A stretch of DNA of 64,000 nucleotides, taken from assembly GCA_964519305.1 (NCBI GenBank), contig CAZFHY010000008.1, forward strand, positions 64,001 through 128,000, written 5' to 3'. Of the stretch, positions 8,807 to 18,772 are shown one piece after another. The notes under the pieces are model-generated. The model was not told where the DNA came from and ran no database searches. It worked only from the letters and a program-made list of their open reading frames with translations. How positions within the stretch are numbered: the stretch's first letter is position 1; each line of letters begins with the position of its first letter. The stretch comes from Candidatus Undinarchaeota archaeon (GTDB lineage Archaea; SpSt-1190; JASMDC01). The position numbers and the translations under genes are program-made.

Positions 8807-10759
8807 ATGCATCTCTTCGCATTGGTGCTTGTATGTACAGTGATGATCTCGCCAGCGCTCGCACTGAAGACATGCGATTCGCTGGGCCCTCTTCGAGAGG
8901 GCGCGTCCGAGAACTGCACCTTCCCGCACGTCTCGGCGACCGAGGGCATTGTCGTGGACGTGGACCCTGCATCCGTCGCATCCTACACGACCGTGTCATT
9001 CCCGCCTACGGGCTCCAATTTCGAGGTGATCGTCAATGTGACGGCACCACCTTACCGCCTTGTCGTCGAGAATCCACAGCTCAACCTCACCCTGGTAAAC
9101 CGTACATCCGGTACTGTACGGACATGGGCCACGGTCGAAGTGAAGCCCCGGGAACCGGTCGGACTGCTCTGTCCCGAAGCTCCCATCTCCCTGGACCTCG
9201 GCGATAACCTTGACGTGAGCGCATGGGCCTTCGCCACAGATGCGAACGTATCCGCGACCTTCGATGACTCGGTGCTCAATCTCGAGTACGCCCAGAACGT
9301 CACCAGCATGATCCAGGGCATCGTGAAGCTCGCTTCCTTCCGTGCGATCGGCAGCGGTTCCTCGACCATCACCCTTACGGCAACGGGAGAGGGTGATGTG
9401 GTCCTGGACACATGCGAGATCGAAGCCACGGTAAAGGGGAAGGTAACGGGCCCTGAGGTCGACATACCTGTCGTTCTGCCGACAGCCGAGCTCACGACCA
9501 CTGCTACGGTCCTACAGGGGAACGAGACCTTCAACGCCACTGTGACCTTCACGAATGAACAGCGCACCGACCGCATCCTCACAATCTCTGTGAACACAGA
9601 GGCGTTCGATGTGCTCGGCAGCTGGAAGGACGGGGAGCGGACCGAGCTCCTCGTGATGAAGCCCGTTGCGGGGACTGTCATCGTTCTCACGCTCCGCCCG
9701 CGGTTCAACGGGACGGATACACTGCGCGTCACCTACTCGTTCGAGCGGAACGATACGGTTGAGACACTGGTCCGTGCCCCTATCACAAAGCTGGCCTCGG
9801 GAGCTTTCCAGATTATATTCTCGCGCGACCGCCTCGAGGTGTTCCCCGGCGACACGGTCGATACGACCGTCTCTGTCACCGGAGTTCCTGATATTGTCCT
9901 CCCTCTGAACATAACCGTTACTAGCAGTGAGACGTTTGCATCATCCTCTAAGGTGATTCAGGTCGCATCCGGGAAATCCTATGCGCTAAAAGACCTGGGT
10001 CTCGTACCGACTACTTCAGGTCTCCATGCTATATGTGGCGTTATCAAGGATCTATCGGGCGAAGGATGCACCGAGCTGCTCGTTCGAACACCACTTGTCC
10101 AGAGCCTGGCTGTCGGAACCACGTCACAGCGCACCTTCACCGGGATGGCATCACGGTTCCCGATCTCGATCATACTAACAGGGACGGTACCGGCCGACCT
10201 TGTTCGCATCCTCAAGCTGACCGATACCGGAGGTTGTGCCACAGGTCTGAAGGTGGAAGGCCTGACGGTGGCCAACGAAGGATGGTCCGTGCCCGCACGC
10301 GCAGAGGTCAACGGGACCGTTGTCTACTCTTCAACCGGAGGCGCCTGTGAAGTCTCCGTTAATATCACCTGCACTGACGGCAGGTGCGATGATAGTTCGT
10401 CTTCATTGAGCATCGAGACGGTAGCGCTTGATAGCCTCGCTACGGCCGCGATCTCCGTGGAATCGCTCCATGAACGAGAGGACCTCCTTGGACAGCGTGC
10501 TATTGTTGAGAACGAGCGGGCGAAAAAGGCCAAGACGAACGCCGCGGTAGGTGGCGTTCCGGGCATCCTGTTCGGTTTCGGGCTTGGTGGCCTGCTTGCA
10601 GCTCTGATCGGGTTCGCCATTGTAAGGGGAGCTCCCGTACCAAAGAAAAGCAAGGGGCCGGAGATGAGCGCGAAAGAGGACGTTCCGGCTCATGCCGAGG
10701 TCGACGATGATGAGGCCGAGGATGAAGGCTACTGGGAGGGTGAGGACGATGAGGAATAA
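8807..10759 (+). CDS. Secreted beta-rich (Ig-like) surface protein with C-terminal TM anchor and acidic tail
   Basis: Signal peptide; T/V-rich beta strands; many N-x-S/T sequons; TM GILFGFGLGGLLAALIGFAIV; D/E tail. Confidence 0.8.
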   Translation: MHLFALVLVCTVMISPALALKTCDSLGPLREGASENCTFPHVSATEGIVVDVDPASVASYTTVSFPPTGSNFEVIVNVTAPPYRLVVENPQLNLTLVNRTSGTVRTWATVEVKPREPVGLLCPEAPISLDLGDNLDVSAWAFATDANVSATFDDSVLNLEYAQNVTSMIQGIVKLASFRAIGSGSSTITLTATGEGDVVLDTCEIEATVKGKVTGPEVDIPVVLPTAELTTTATVLQGNETFNATVTFTNEQRTDRILTISVNTEAFDVLGSWKDGERTELLVMKPVAGTVIVLTLRPRFNGTDTLRVTYSFERNDTVETLVRAPITKLASGAFQIIFSRDRLEVFPGDTVDTTVSVTGVPDIVLPLNITVTSSETFASSSKVIQVASGKSYALKDLGLVPTTSGLHAICGVIKDLSGEGCTELLVRTPLVQSLAVGTTSQRTFTGMASRFPISIILTGTVPADLVRILKLTDTGGCATGLKVEGLTVANEGWSVPARAEVNGTVVYSSTGGACEVSVNITCTDGRCDDSSSSLSIETVALDSLATAAISVESLHEREDLLGQRAIVENERAKKAKTNAAVGGVPGILFGFGLGGLLAALIGFAIVRGAPVPKKSKGPEMSAKEDVPAHAEVDDDEAEDEGYWEGEDDEE

Positions 10760-11675
10760 GTACACAGTCCTCCTGCTCTCATTGATACTCATCAGCGGAT
10801 GCACACAGTTCGTGTTCGAGGGCGAACCACCGGCCTGCGAGCCCGATAAGGGTGTTCCCAAGGACTGTATGGATCTTATCAATCCTGTCCGCGGGAGAAT
10901 TGACGCTAAGTTCGTCGAAGGATATGTTGATGATCCTGTCCTGGCCAACGTCTCCATTTGCGAGACGGGAGAACAGGCGCTCAGTGGAGTGACCGGGTGT
11001 ACTCCGGAATCCTTCAAGCATGTCATGTCGGGCTTCATATCAGAGGTCACGCGTGCTGTATCCGGATCGGGACCCCGCGTCGATAAGCTCATCACCGATC
11101 GGATGGAGATATCCTGGGCCACGATATGTGACCGGCCCTCATGTGTACATGATTCGTTGATGACCGCCAGCCGTGCACTAAGGCTATCCCGGTACACAGC
11201 GGACCTGCGCAATGGTACGGTCCCGACGTCGGAAGAGCTCGCGGTATTGACTGTACCCGAGCGCAAGCTCCTTCTCGACTATCCCTCGTTGTACGAGTCG
11301 CGTGTCGTCGAGGCCGGAGAGGAATCACAGAAGAACATCAAGGAATTTGGAGTATCGGGGCTCGGGCCCGAGGCACCTCTTGAGACCTTCAAGGAGGAAC
11401 TCGAGAAGTCCAAGACGTTGTTGGCGGATGAAGGCGAACGTATCCCCGGTCTCGTGACAATGCGGATTCTCCCGGCCGCGCTGGTCGGATGCTTCCTTGT
11501 GCTTATCATCATCATCGCTTACGACCGCAAGTATCGTGCACAGATCGAGTTCTGGAAGACGTTCACAAGCTCCACCAACATCGTCCATCCCCGGTCGGTG
11601 GCCCTAGGTGCCCTGGGGGTGTCTGTTGTACTGGCCATCGCTGGTGCGGTGCTCCTGCTCCTGGGGCGTGGTTGA
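10749..11675 (+). CDS. Putative lipoprotein with two C-terminal TM helices
   Basis: MRNKYTVLLLSLILISGC lipobox; start overlaps upstream gene end; two hydrophobic segments at the C-terminus. Confidence 0.78.
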   Translation: MRNKYTVLLLSLILISGCTQFVFEGEPPACEPDKGVPKDCMDLINPVRGRIDAKFVEGYVDDPVLANVSICETGEQALSGVTGCTPESFKHVMSGFISEVTRAVSGSGPRVDKLITDRMEISWATICDRPSCVHDSLMTASRALRLSRYTADLRNGTVPTSEELAVLTVPERKLLLDYPSLYESRVVEAGEESQKNIKEFGVSGLGPEAPLETFKEELEKSKTLLADEGERIPGLVTMRILPAALVGCFLVLIIIIAYDRKYRAQIEFWKTFTSSTNIVHPRSVALGALGVSVVLAIAGAVLLLLGRG

Positions 11676-14549
11676 ATGGCTCGTCTCAATAGCACGTTAG
11701 TCGTCCTATTGATTCTCCTTTGCTTGTCCGCCGTGGCAGAAGAGTTCAGCATCACGGGCACCGCCCAGGTCATCGCCTCAAAGGAACCATATGATTACGC
11801 GACCGATGCGGACCTTCTCACGGTAAGGATCACCACCAATCAGAACTCACAGGCGCAGGTCAAGGACGACCGTGGCCGTGTCCTCGGTACCGACGCCACC
11901 TGGTCCAAGAACCACGATATCATGATAGGGAAGCTGAGCTCTGGCGGCTACCAGCTCAAGATAGAGGCCTACAATCTGACCGGTAGCCAGGACTATGCAT
12001 TCGTCTCCTTCAACGTGGCAAAAGCTCGTGCCAACCTACGCACGGTCCCGGTAGAGTATACAAAGGACATCGAGATCCCATGTCGCTCTTCTGGAGCCGT
12101 GAAGATAACCGACAGCCTTTCCCTGACGAATCAGGGTAAGCTCGACGCGTACAACGTCGTGGCACAACTGGACTCATCGTACATGTGTAATGAGGATGGG
12201 GATTGTCCCCTGGAGATCAGCCTTGGTGACCGTTACGAGAATAAAATGAGCTTCAGTGAGGTCCGTTCGGCACAGATTCAGTACATCACGCTCAACATGA
12301 AGACCGTGCAGGTCCTCACACCATGGACGACCTACTCGACACCCCTTCGTATCGAGGGTTCGAACGCACTTGAGATAGTCGTGGACCTGAACATTAGGTT
12401 CGTACCGGCGCTGGACGTGAGAGTGAGCCCTGATACGTTCTCATTCGAGAACGCTTGCGGTAACGAGGAACGGACCATTACCATCGAGGACCGCTGCTGC
12501 GTTTTCGACCTGCCATTGGCCGTTGATGTGAACGTGGACGACCATCCGTTCATATTCGATACGACCAGCTATACGGTCCCCAAGTGCGGGAAGGCGACCG
12601 TCGACTTCAGTCTGGCCAACCTCACACTCCTGGAGGGTGAGGAGGAGAAGCAGGATGAATACAAGATCAACCTACGCTTCGGGGATGAAATGCTCCAGAT
12701 CCCCGCCGATGTGTTGGTCCGACCTCCAGAGCTACGTCTGAGCCCCCGGTCGATCGGGCTGGACGCACCCTGCAAGGGAGAGCTCAAACAGCCTATCGAG
12801 CTGTACGTACCTTCCACGTCCGGTTGCGTTCGTGACCTTGAGCTGAACATAACGGGCAATGTCAAGGATTTCACGTTCGAGTTCGAAGCTGAAAAGACAA
12901 ACAACCTGTCTCCTGGTGACCGGATAAGCGGGACCATGAATATTAATGTCCCGAAGTACATCAAGGCAGGCGAGTATGCAGGCCGTCTAGTGGCGAAATA
13001 TCCGCGCACGAAGACCGAAACGGCAAAGAAAGAGATGGTAATGTTCCTACGTGTACCGCGCTTCGACTACCTCCTCAAGTCCGAGAGGGTGGACATGCGT
13101 GAACTCCCTTGTGGTGATTTCCGGGCCCAGAACATTACGATCGTAGAGGTCGATGGGGGTTGTGCCGAGGGGATCACGGGCGAGATAGTGAACTGCGACT
13201 TCAATAATACCTTCATCACCGTCGCCGAGGACACTATCGGTGTGTCGGCAAAGGAGAGCGGTGACTTCGATCTCGAGGTCAACGTGCCCCATTACCTACC
13301 GCCGGATACGTATTCATGCGGGCTGCTCATCACTGTGCCTGAGCGTGGTGACCGTACGATCCCATTCTCCTTCACGATCCCCCATCCACAGCTCATGATA
13401 GAGATGCCGGACAAGCTCACGCTCTACAAGGAACGCCCCCCGTCGATCACGGGTAACACGAGCCTCACTCTGGCAGAGGTGGGCGGGTTCACCCCTCTCC
13501 GGAACATAACGTTCGATGTCGTTGCCAAGGTTTGCCCCGTTGGGGCCGCGGAGGCGTGCGTGCGCTATGCCAAGGCAGTAGAGACGCCCCTGCCCGTGTT
13601 CGAGATCGACAAGGGGAGCCGGCTCACTGTGCCGATAGGCCTTGGGTTCGACTTCTCCGATCCAAGGGGGGATTACACGATGGGTCTTGTAGTCGATGCT
13701 CTGAACGATGACAGGGCCGCAGAGGAGAGACCCATGGAGTTCGAGATCATCCCACCGAGCTGTCGGAAGGCCAGGGACGATATCAAGCTCATCGATAAAC
13801 GGTTCCCAGAAGTGAAAAAGGCTCTGCGCGACTTCCTCGTCCACTGTGATGACTGGTCCAAGCGGGATCCTGTCATGTCTGCGAAAGCCGCATCCCTCGT
13901 ATCATCCTTCTCGGTGTTCTCGACGAACGTGCTCACTCTCAACGAGATGACACGGAGCCATAACCTAACGTCCGTACGCGCTCTCTCAATCCTGCGTTCG
14001 ACCGAGCGTAACCTCGAAGCGTTGTGTATCGATATCGATGAGGCGCGGCCGATCTGCGAGATGGCCAACGCCACGCTCCTGACGACGCTCGAGGAAGTAG
14101 GAAGGTACTACTGCATGAACTCCACGACGCGTTCCGAGCGTCTGCGTCACAACGGTGCCATGTCCAACGTGTTCCTCGAACGTGTGAACCTGCGCTGTAC
14201 GATCATCGACAATCTGGACGTCGTGTCGACGAGGTACGACAACGTCCAAGCGCTCAGGCAGGAGGCATTGGGGGACCGTATCCTTCCGCCTCGTGCGTTG
14301 GAGAAGTACGCTCGACTGATCGCAGAGTACAGGGATATCGAGAAAGGCTATGCTGACCTTGGGCTCACAGATGATGTCGAAAAAGTGAAGGGTGAACGCA
14401 TCATCATCGAGAGCGAACGCGAGGACCTGGCACTGCTCTGGTCGACATTGATCAACGTGGTCGTCGCCTTCGCGTTCATGGTCACGGTCATCATCACTGG
14501 TATGTACGTGCGTTATCGTATCAAGACGCAGAAGGTGCTTGAGCTGTGA
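11676..14549 (+). CDS. Large secreted protein: repeated Ig-like domains, helical stalk, C-terminal TM
   Basis: Signal peptide; ~110-aa beta units with paired Cys; helical last ~260 aa; TM LINVVVAFAFMVTVIITGMY; starts immediately after the upstream stop. Confidence 0.82.
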   Translation: MARLNSTLVVLLILLCLSAVAEEFSITGTAQVIASKEPYDYATDADLLTVRITTNQNSQAQVKDDRGRVLGTDATWSKNHDIMIGKLSSGGYQLKIEAYNLTGSQDYAFVSFNVAKARANLRTVPVEYTKDIEIPCRSSGAVKITDSLSLTNQGKLDAYNVVAQLDSSYMCNEDGDCPLEISLGDRYENKMSFSEVRSAQIQYITLNMKTVQVLTPWTTYSTPLRIEGSNALEIVVDLNIRFVPALDVRVSPDTFSFENACGNEERTITIEDRCCVFDLPLAVDVNVDDHPFIFDTTSYTVPKCGKATVDFSLANLTLLEGEEEKQDEYKINLRFGDEMLQIPADVLVRPPELRLSPRSIGLDAPCKGELKQPIELYVPSTSGCVRDLELNITGNVKDFTFEFEAEKTNNLSPGDRISGTMNINVPKYIKAGEYAGRLVAKYPRTKTETAKKEMVMFLRVPRFDYLLKSERVDMRELPCGDFRAQNITIVEVDGGCAEGITGEIVNCDFNNTFITVAEDTIGVSAKESGDFDLEVNVPHYLPPDTYSCGLLITVPERGDRTIPFSFTIPHPQLMIEMPDKLTLYKERPPSITGNTSLTLAEVGGFTPLRNITFDVVAKVCPVGAAEACVRYAKAVETPLPVFEIDKGSRLTVPIGLGFDFSDPRGDYTMGLVVDALNDDRAAEERPMEFEIIPPSCRKARDDIKLIDKRFPEVKKALRDFLVHCDDWSKRDPVMSAKAASLVSSFSVFSTNVLTLNEMTRSHNLTSVRALSILRSTERNLEALCIDIDEARPICEMANATLLTTLEEVGRYYCMNSTTRSERLRHNGAMSNVFLERVNLRCTIIDNLDVVSTRYDNVQALRQEALGDRILPPRALEKYARLIAEYRDIEKGYADLGLTDDVEKVKGERIIIESEREDLALLWSTLINVVVAFAFMVTVIITGMYVRYRIKTQKVLEL

Positions 14550-15544
14550 GATCGAACGGAACGGCCCGTGTTCTGGCCATTGCGACAGTGGTACTGTTAG
14601 TGATGCTGACGCCGGCATTGGCGGAACCACGACAGTGTCGACAGCTCATCGATCTGTACTCGGAGATAATCGCGCGTGGCCACAGGGACACGTTCATAAC
14701 AGACATCCCGACGGCCTCTTCGGTGTGCCATTTCGCCCGGGACCTCTCCTATCTTTGTGATTCACAGACACTGCCTTCCGGCGAGGACGGTACCTTCGGA
14801 GCCACTTTCCTCTCGTCCACATTTGACTTCATCAATCACACACGGGATACATACTGGGCGATCACTGCGTCATCCCAGACGTATGATCTGAACCCGTCGA
14901 TCGAGAGCTTCGGTATGATCACCGACAACATCGAGGCACTCGCCGAGGACCGGCAGAACCTCACAGTAGCCTCTTTCGAGCATGAGGAGGTCACAGAGGT
15001 CCTCACGAACGTGGACGATACATATGAGGACATCTGCTTCGTCGCTCTCTCCGTGTTCGATGCTATCGTGGAAGGCGAGCCTAACGTTTGCCGTCAGGCC
15101 GAAGTGCTCGGTCTGGTCTCTTCATGGGCGCGCACGTGCACATCGGCCAAGGCAGAGGAGTATGCCTCGCGTCACAAAGAGGCCGTGGAAAGTTGCACGG
15201 CCCATACGAACAATGCCAAGGAGAAGAGCGCTGAGGGTAAACGGCTCATTCAGGACTATGCGGGTTCAGTGTCCTATATCAAGATGATCCGCTACGCTCA
15301 GGGAAAGAGCGCTCTTGAGAGCGCTCGGCGTTCCTATTCGGTCATCGGCCAGCACGACTCCGCCCAAGAGATGATCTACATCTACTGGGACGCCCATGTG
15401 GAGTACAACATAGCGAAGCTCGACTTCGAGAACCTCGTTCAGGTCCTCCTTATCTCGATAATCCTCATCACGGGCGTCGTGGTATTGCTCTATATGCGCT
15501 ACATAATCATCCGTCGTCGCCAAGAGGAGTACTCTGACCTGTAG
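14546..15544 (+). CDS. Secreted helical protein with C-terminal TM anchor
   Basis: GTGA overlap with upstream stop; signal peptide; TM LVQVLLISIILITGVVVLLY followed by RRR. Confidence 0.8.
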   Translation: MRSNGTARVLAIATVVLLVMLTPALAEPRQCRQLIDLYSEIIARGHRDTFITDIPTASSVCHFARDLSYLCDSQTLPSGEDGTFGATFLSSTFDFINHTRDTYWAITASSQTYDLNPSIESFGMITDNIEALAEDRQNLTVASFEHEEVTEVLTNVDDTYEDICFVALSVFDAIVEGEPNVCRQAEVLGLVSSWARTCTSAKAEEYASRHKEAVESCTAHTNNAKEKSAEGKRLIQDYAGSVSYIKMIRYAQGKSALESARRSYSVIGQHDSAQEMIYIYWDAHVEYNIAKLDFENLVQVLLISIILITGVVVLLYMRYIIIRRRQEEYSDL

Positions 15545-15563
15545 GTCATGAACGCTTACTTAC

Positions 15564-16895
15564 CTAGCCTGTAGGACGTGCGGCCACCCTGACCATCGTA
15601 CCGTTCGGTGGCGCCGAGGCCTTGATCCCGAGGCGGTCCTCCACCGCGCTGGCGAGTTCTGCGCATTTCCATGCCTCTCCATGATTGCAGATCACGGTCC
15701 CGGGAGATAGTTCCCTGGCCAGGGACAGGGACTGTTCGTGGTAGGTGTGTGACGAGAAGCTCACGAAGCCGACCTCTGCCTTGATCTCCACTTGCTGTCC
15801 GTTTATCATTATACGACGTGAGCCGTCCAACAGCTCTCGGCCGGGTGTCCCTTCTGCCTGGTACCCGACGATGAGGATGAGGTTCCTGCTATCACCTGCA
15901 AGATGTCGCAGGTATCTTGGTGAACTGCCACCGGTCAGCATCCCGGCAGTAGCGACGACGATCGTCGGGAACTCGCCGGATGCGACCTTATCGATCCTGC
16001 GGTTCTTGGGGATATGGATGGGTGTCAGCGGTCCTTCATGAGCGTCCAATCGTATAGGCCTCTTCGCCCCATTGTCGTACACCTTGGTCGCCGCAAAGAG
16101 CATACCACCGCACGGTACGACCCTGACATTCCCGCGGTTCTGGAGCTCTTCTTGGTGTTCATGCAGGGTGAGCAGGACCTCCTGCGACCGTCCTACCGCG
16201 AAGGCCGGCACAAGGATAGTGCCGCGTCGCTCGAGAGCTGTCCTGATCAGATCCATGAACGCTCGGTCACGCTCTTCGATCGTCGGAAGGGCATCGCTGA
16301 GCCCGCCGTACGTTGACTCTAGAATAAGGCAATCCACAGGTCCTTGAGGTAGTACCGCTGACGGGATGGTATGGAGCTCACGCTGACAGATGTCACCCGT
16401 GTAGAAGATGGACCGGCCACCGCCCCGTACAAGGAGACCTGCCGCACCGGGGATATGCCCGGCACGGTGAGCGGAGAACGTTGTGCCTCCTGGAAGGCGG
16501 ACCTCTTCTTCCAGGCGTACGTGCTGTATGAGGTCCAGCGCAGGCCCCGGGTCCGGTGAGTGTCGTCCCAGGATCGCCCGGACCTTGGCCGAGTCCTCGA
16601 GCAACAGTCGTGTCAGCCGTGCCGTCTGAGCGGTCATGTAGATGGGATTGCGATACCCTGATGCCACGAGGTCGGGCAGATAGCCGACATGGTCGAGGTG
16701 TGCATGCGAGACTAGCACAGCGTCCAGCTGTCCCGTGAGCTCATCGAGCGCGATAGGGTGCTCCTCACCGTCCGGAACGAGCTTGAGCCCGCAGTCAAGG
16801 AGCAGACGAGCACCGGGTACACTGACGCTGATGGCGCTGCGACCCACCTCGAGGCCTGAGCCATGGAACCTCAGCGACATGCCGGCAGCCGTCAT
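15564..16895 (-). CDS. MBL-fold beta-CASP ribonuclease (CPSF-like, no KH domains)
   Basis: LLDCG, SHAHLDH, AGHIPGA, YTGD, ESTYG, PAFAVGRSQE, GYQAEGTPG, FSSH, HGE. Confidence 0.92.
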   Translation of the reverse strand: MTAAGMSLRFHGSGLEVGRSAISVSVPGARLLLDCGLKLVPDGEEHPIALDELTGQLDAVLVSHAHLDHVGYLPDLVASGYRNPIYMTAQTARLTRLLLEDSAKVRAILGRHSPDPGPALDLIQHVRLEEEVRLPGGTTFSAHRAGHIPGAAGLLVRGGGRSIFYTGDICQRELHTIPSAVLPQGPVDCLILESTYGGLSDALPTIEERDRAFMDLIRTALERRGTILVPAFAVGRSQEVLLTLHEHQEELQNRGNVRVVPCGGMLFAATKVYDNGAKRPIRLDAHEGPLTPIHIPKNRRIDKVASGEFPTIVVATAGMLTGGSSPRYLRHLAGDSRNLILIVGYQAEGTPGRELLDGSRRIMINGQQVEIKAEVGFVSFSSHTYHEQSLSLARELSPGTVICNHGEAWKCAELASAVEDRLGIKASAPPNGTMVRVAARPTG

Positions 16896-17108
16896 GGTGG
16901 GCCACTAATGACCGTCTATTTATAAGCCGATTGGGGAGGCAGGCTGATCATCATTGTTCTTGGGGCACTGCGGCCATGCTCGTAGATAGTGGCTGCGATA
17001 TCCGTAGCAGAAATATCCCCAATTCTTCTTATCGGATATCGAAATGGAATAATGGATACTGATTGAGCGTTAGCAATTTATACTCCGAATGTACTATTCT
17101 CTTGTATA

Positions 17109-17213
17109 GTGTGGTTGGGGGGAAGGAAGTGAATTCTACGACCACCCACCACGGGCCGTCTTGGTCCGTGACCTGCCACTAGGGGAAGGTCGGCTTGCTG
17201 GGCGGCCTTCCCC
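17109..17213 (+). ncRNA. Candidate structured small RNA
   Basis: TTTATA at 17077-82; stems 17150-57/17163-70 and 17182-92/17203-13 contain G-U pairs on the + strand. Confidence 0.3.
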
Positions 17214-17240
17214 AAATAATTACATGGGCAGAAGTCACTT

Positions 17241-18506
17241 CTAGATAAGGGGCTTGTCCGTCTTCATGCATTCAACGAAGCGGTCGATTGCCTTCGTGAT
17301 ACCCCGTTTCTGCGCGGTCTCCATGAACACCTGCGCTGGCGTTATCACCTGTTTGATACGTCGCTCGAAGGGCTTCAGGAAGACCTCCTCACCGAATCCG
17401 CGCTCTTCCAGGTTCACGGCGGCTATCTCGAGCAGGTCACCCCATACTTCATGTATGGATCGGGCCCCTGAAGGAGTGAAGAACTTGCCGTCAAGTCCGC
17501 TCTTCGCGGCCGAGGTCAAGCTCTTCTCGAGCATCTCAGGCGTGGACTTCATCAGATCATCGATGACCGGATTGTCGCGACCTTCCTCGATGAGACCGAA
17601 CTGGGCCGCCTGGGGTGCCATGTCCTCAATGATGGACGGTTGACTGTCGATCTCCCGTGGCTCTACGATGACCGATGTAGGTACGTTGAGCCGAACCCAT
17701 CGATAGTCCAAAGAGAGCTTTGTCCGAGCGTCCTTTGCGTCGAATGTGAGCGGCAGACCGTCCAGGGTGGCCAGATAGTCGTCGAAGTCCTCAGGGATGT
17801 ATGTAGGTATCCCGATATGTTGATGGCCGTGGGAGAAGTTACGGCGGTAGAGCGTGATTCGACCGTCGAGCACGAGCTCGGGGTAGTTGAGGGTGGGTGA
17901 GTTGCAGCTTATGGCCACCATGAGAGGGACAAGGTTCCGTCTCAGGTGGTAAAGATGGGCCAGTTCCTCTTTCAGGAGGGAGAACTCCGCCTGGTAAGAC
18001 ACGACAAGTCCCATGGATAGGAACTCGCGGAGGGCCTTGTCACCCAGTTGCTTATAGTAGTCGATGAACGAGTAGTAGCGGGACGAAGGGAAGACGTACT
18101 TGCGCGCGTATTCGGCATCGTCGACAGCGGTATCGAGCGCGGGATCGGCCTTGATCTGGTTGAGGGCGAGGCCCACAAGTTCGGCGTTTGGACTCACCTT
18201 CTTGACCTTGAGCACGGCCTCCCAGTACATGGTCTTGAGGCGTGCATAGTGTTCGTGGAGCGAGATACAGGGGTCCGGATTGAACTCGATCATGTCCCTG
18301 TGGAACTCGCGGGCGAGAGTACCCACGTTCTCGATGTCGATCAAGGGACCTTCGGTGAATACCTTGTCCGTCACAGGGGCCGGTACGTACACACCGTCCT
18401 TCTTCTCGATGATGAACGATTCAAGTTCGCCACCGACTCGACGGATGTTATCGTAAGTGTGCACCTCGGGGGAATGCTTCTCTGAGTCGTACTTCTTAGT
18501 GCTCAT
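17241..18506 (-). CDS. Glutamate-cysteine ligase/GCS2 (YbdK-like) carboxylate-amine ligase
   Basis: VGGELE, REFHRDMIEFN, SCNSP, RWVRL, VEPREIDSQP. Confidence 0.78.
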   Translation of the reverse strand: MSTKKYDSEKHSPEVHTYDNIRRVGGELESFIIEKKDGVYVPAPVTDKVFTEGPLIDIENVGTLAREFHRDMIEFNPDPCISLHEHYARLKTMYWEAVLKVKKVSPNAELVGLALNQIKADPALDTAVDDAEYARKYVFPSSRYYSFIDYYKQLGDKALREFLSMGLVVSYQAEFSLLKEELAHLYHLRRNLVPLMVAISCNSPTLNYPELVLDGRITLYRRNFSHGHQHIGIPTYIPEDFDDYLATLDGLPLTFDAKDARTKLSLDYRWVRLNVPTSVIVEPREIDSQPSIIEDMAPQAAQFGLIEEGRDNPVIDDLMKSTPEMLEKSLTSAAKSGLDGKFFTPSGARSIHEVWGDLLEIAAVNLEERGFGEEVFLKPFERRIKQVITPAQVFMETAQKRGITKAIDRFVECMKTDKPLI

Positions 18507-18682
18507 TTAGTGGCCCCCTTGACCTTTTTACCAAAACACTCCTGGGAACAGAAGTACGACCGTTTTAACTCGAAGTTCTTGCCGTTCGGATGAAAGTACT
18601 CCAGACGAACAGAAGAATGCTGTTCCTTCTTCTTCGAAAGGTCGATGGACTTGCCACACGTTAAGCACTTTTTTGTGGGCAT
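18503..18682 (-). CDS. Small TRASH-like metal-binding protein
   Basis: MPTKKCLTCGK...YFCSQEC; ATGA overlap with the ligase start. Confidence 0.72.
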   Translation of the reverse strand: MPTKKCLTCGKSIDLSKKKEQHSSVRLEYFHPNGKNFELKRSYFCSQECFGKKVKGATK

Positions 18683-18772
18683 CTGAACAGGGCCATCCCC
18701 CAAAAACATATAAAAGCATGGTGAAGGCGTTCGGGGCTCCGTTTTAGAAAAAGATGAGCAGGAAGGACCGGT

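Noticed and set aside
8807-10759. PGF-CTERM archaeosortase substrate (VPGI before the TM)
   Set aside because: The motif is imperfect and the ~45-aa acidic tail is atypical for that signal.
17241-18682. Pup/PafA-like tagging system
   Set aside because: The small protein ends GATK rather than GGE/GGQ and looks like a folded Zn finger; the ligase motifs fit generic GCS2.
18503-18682. Ribosomal protein L24e
   Set aside because: It shares the TRASH Cys pattern but lacks the L24e PG.G and NPRK..WT motifs.
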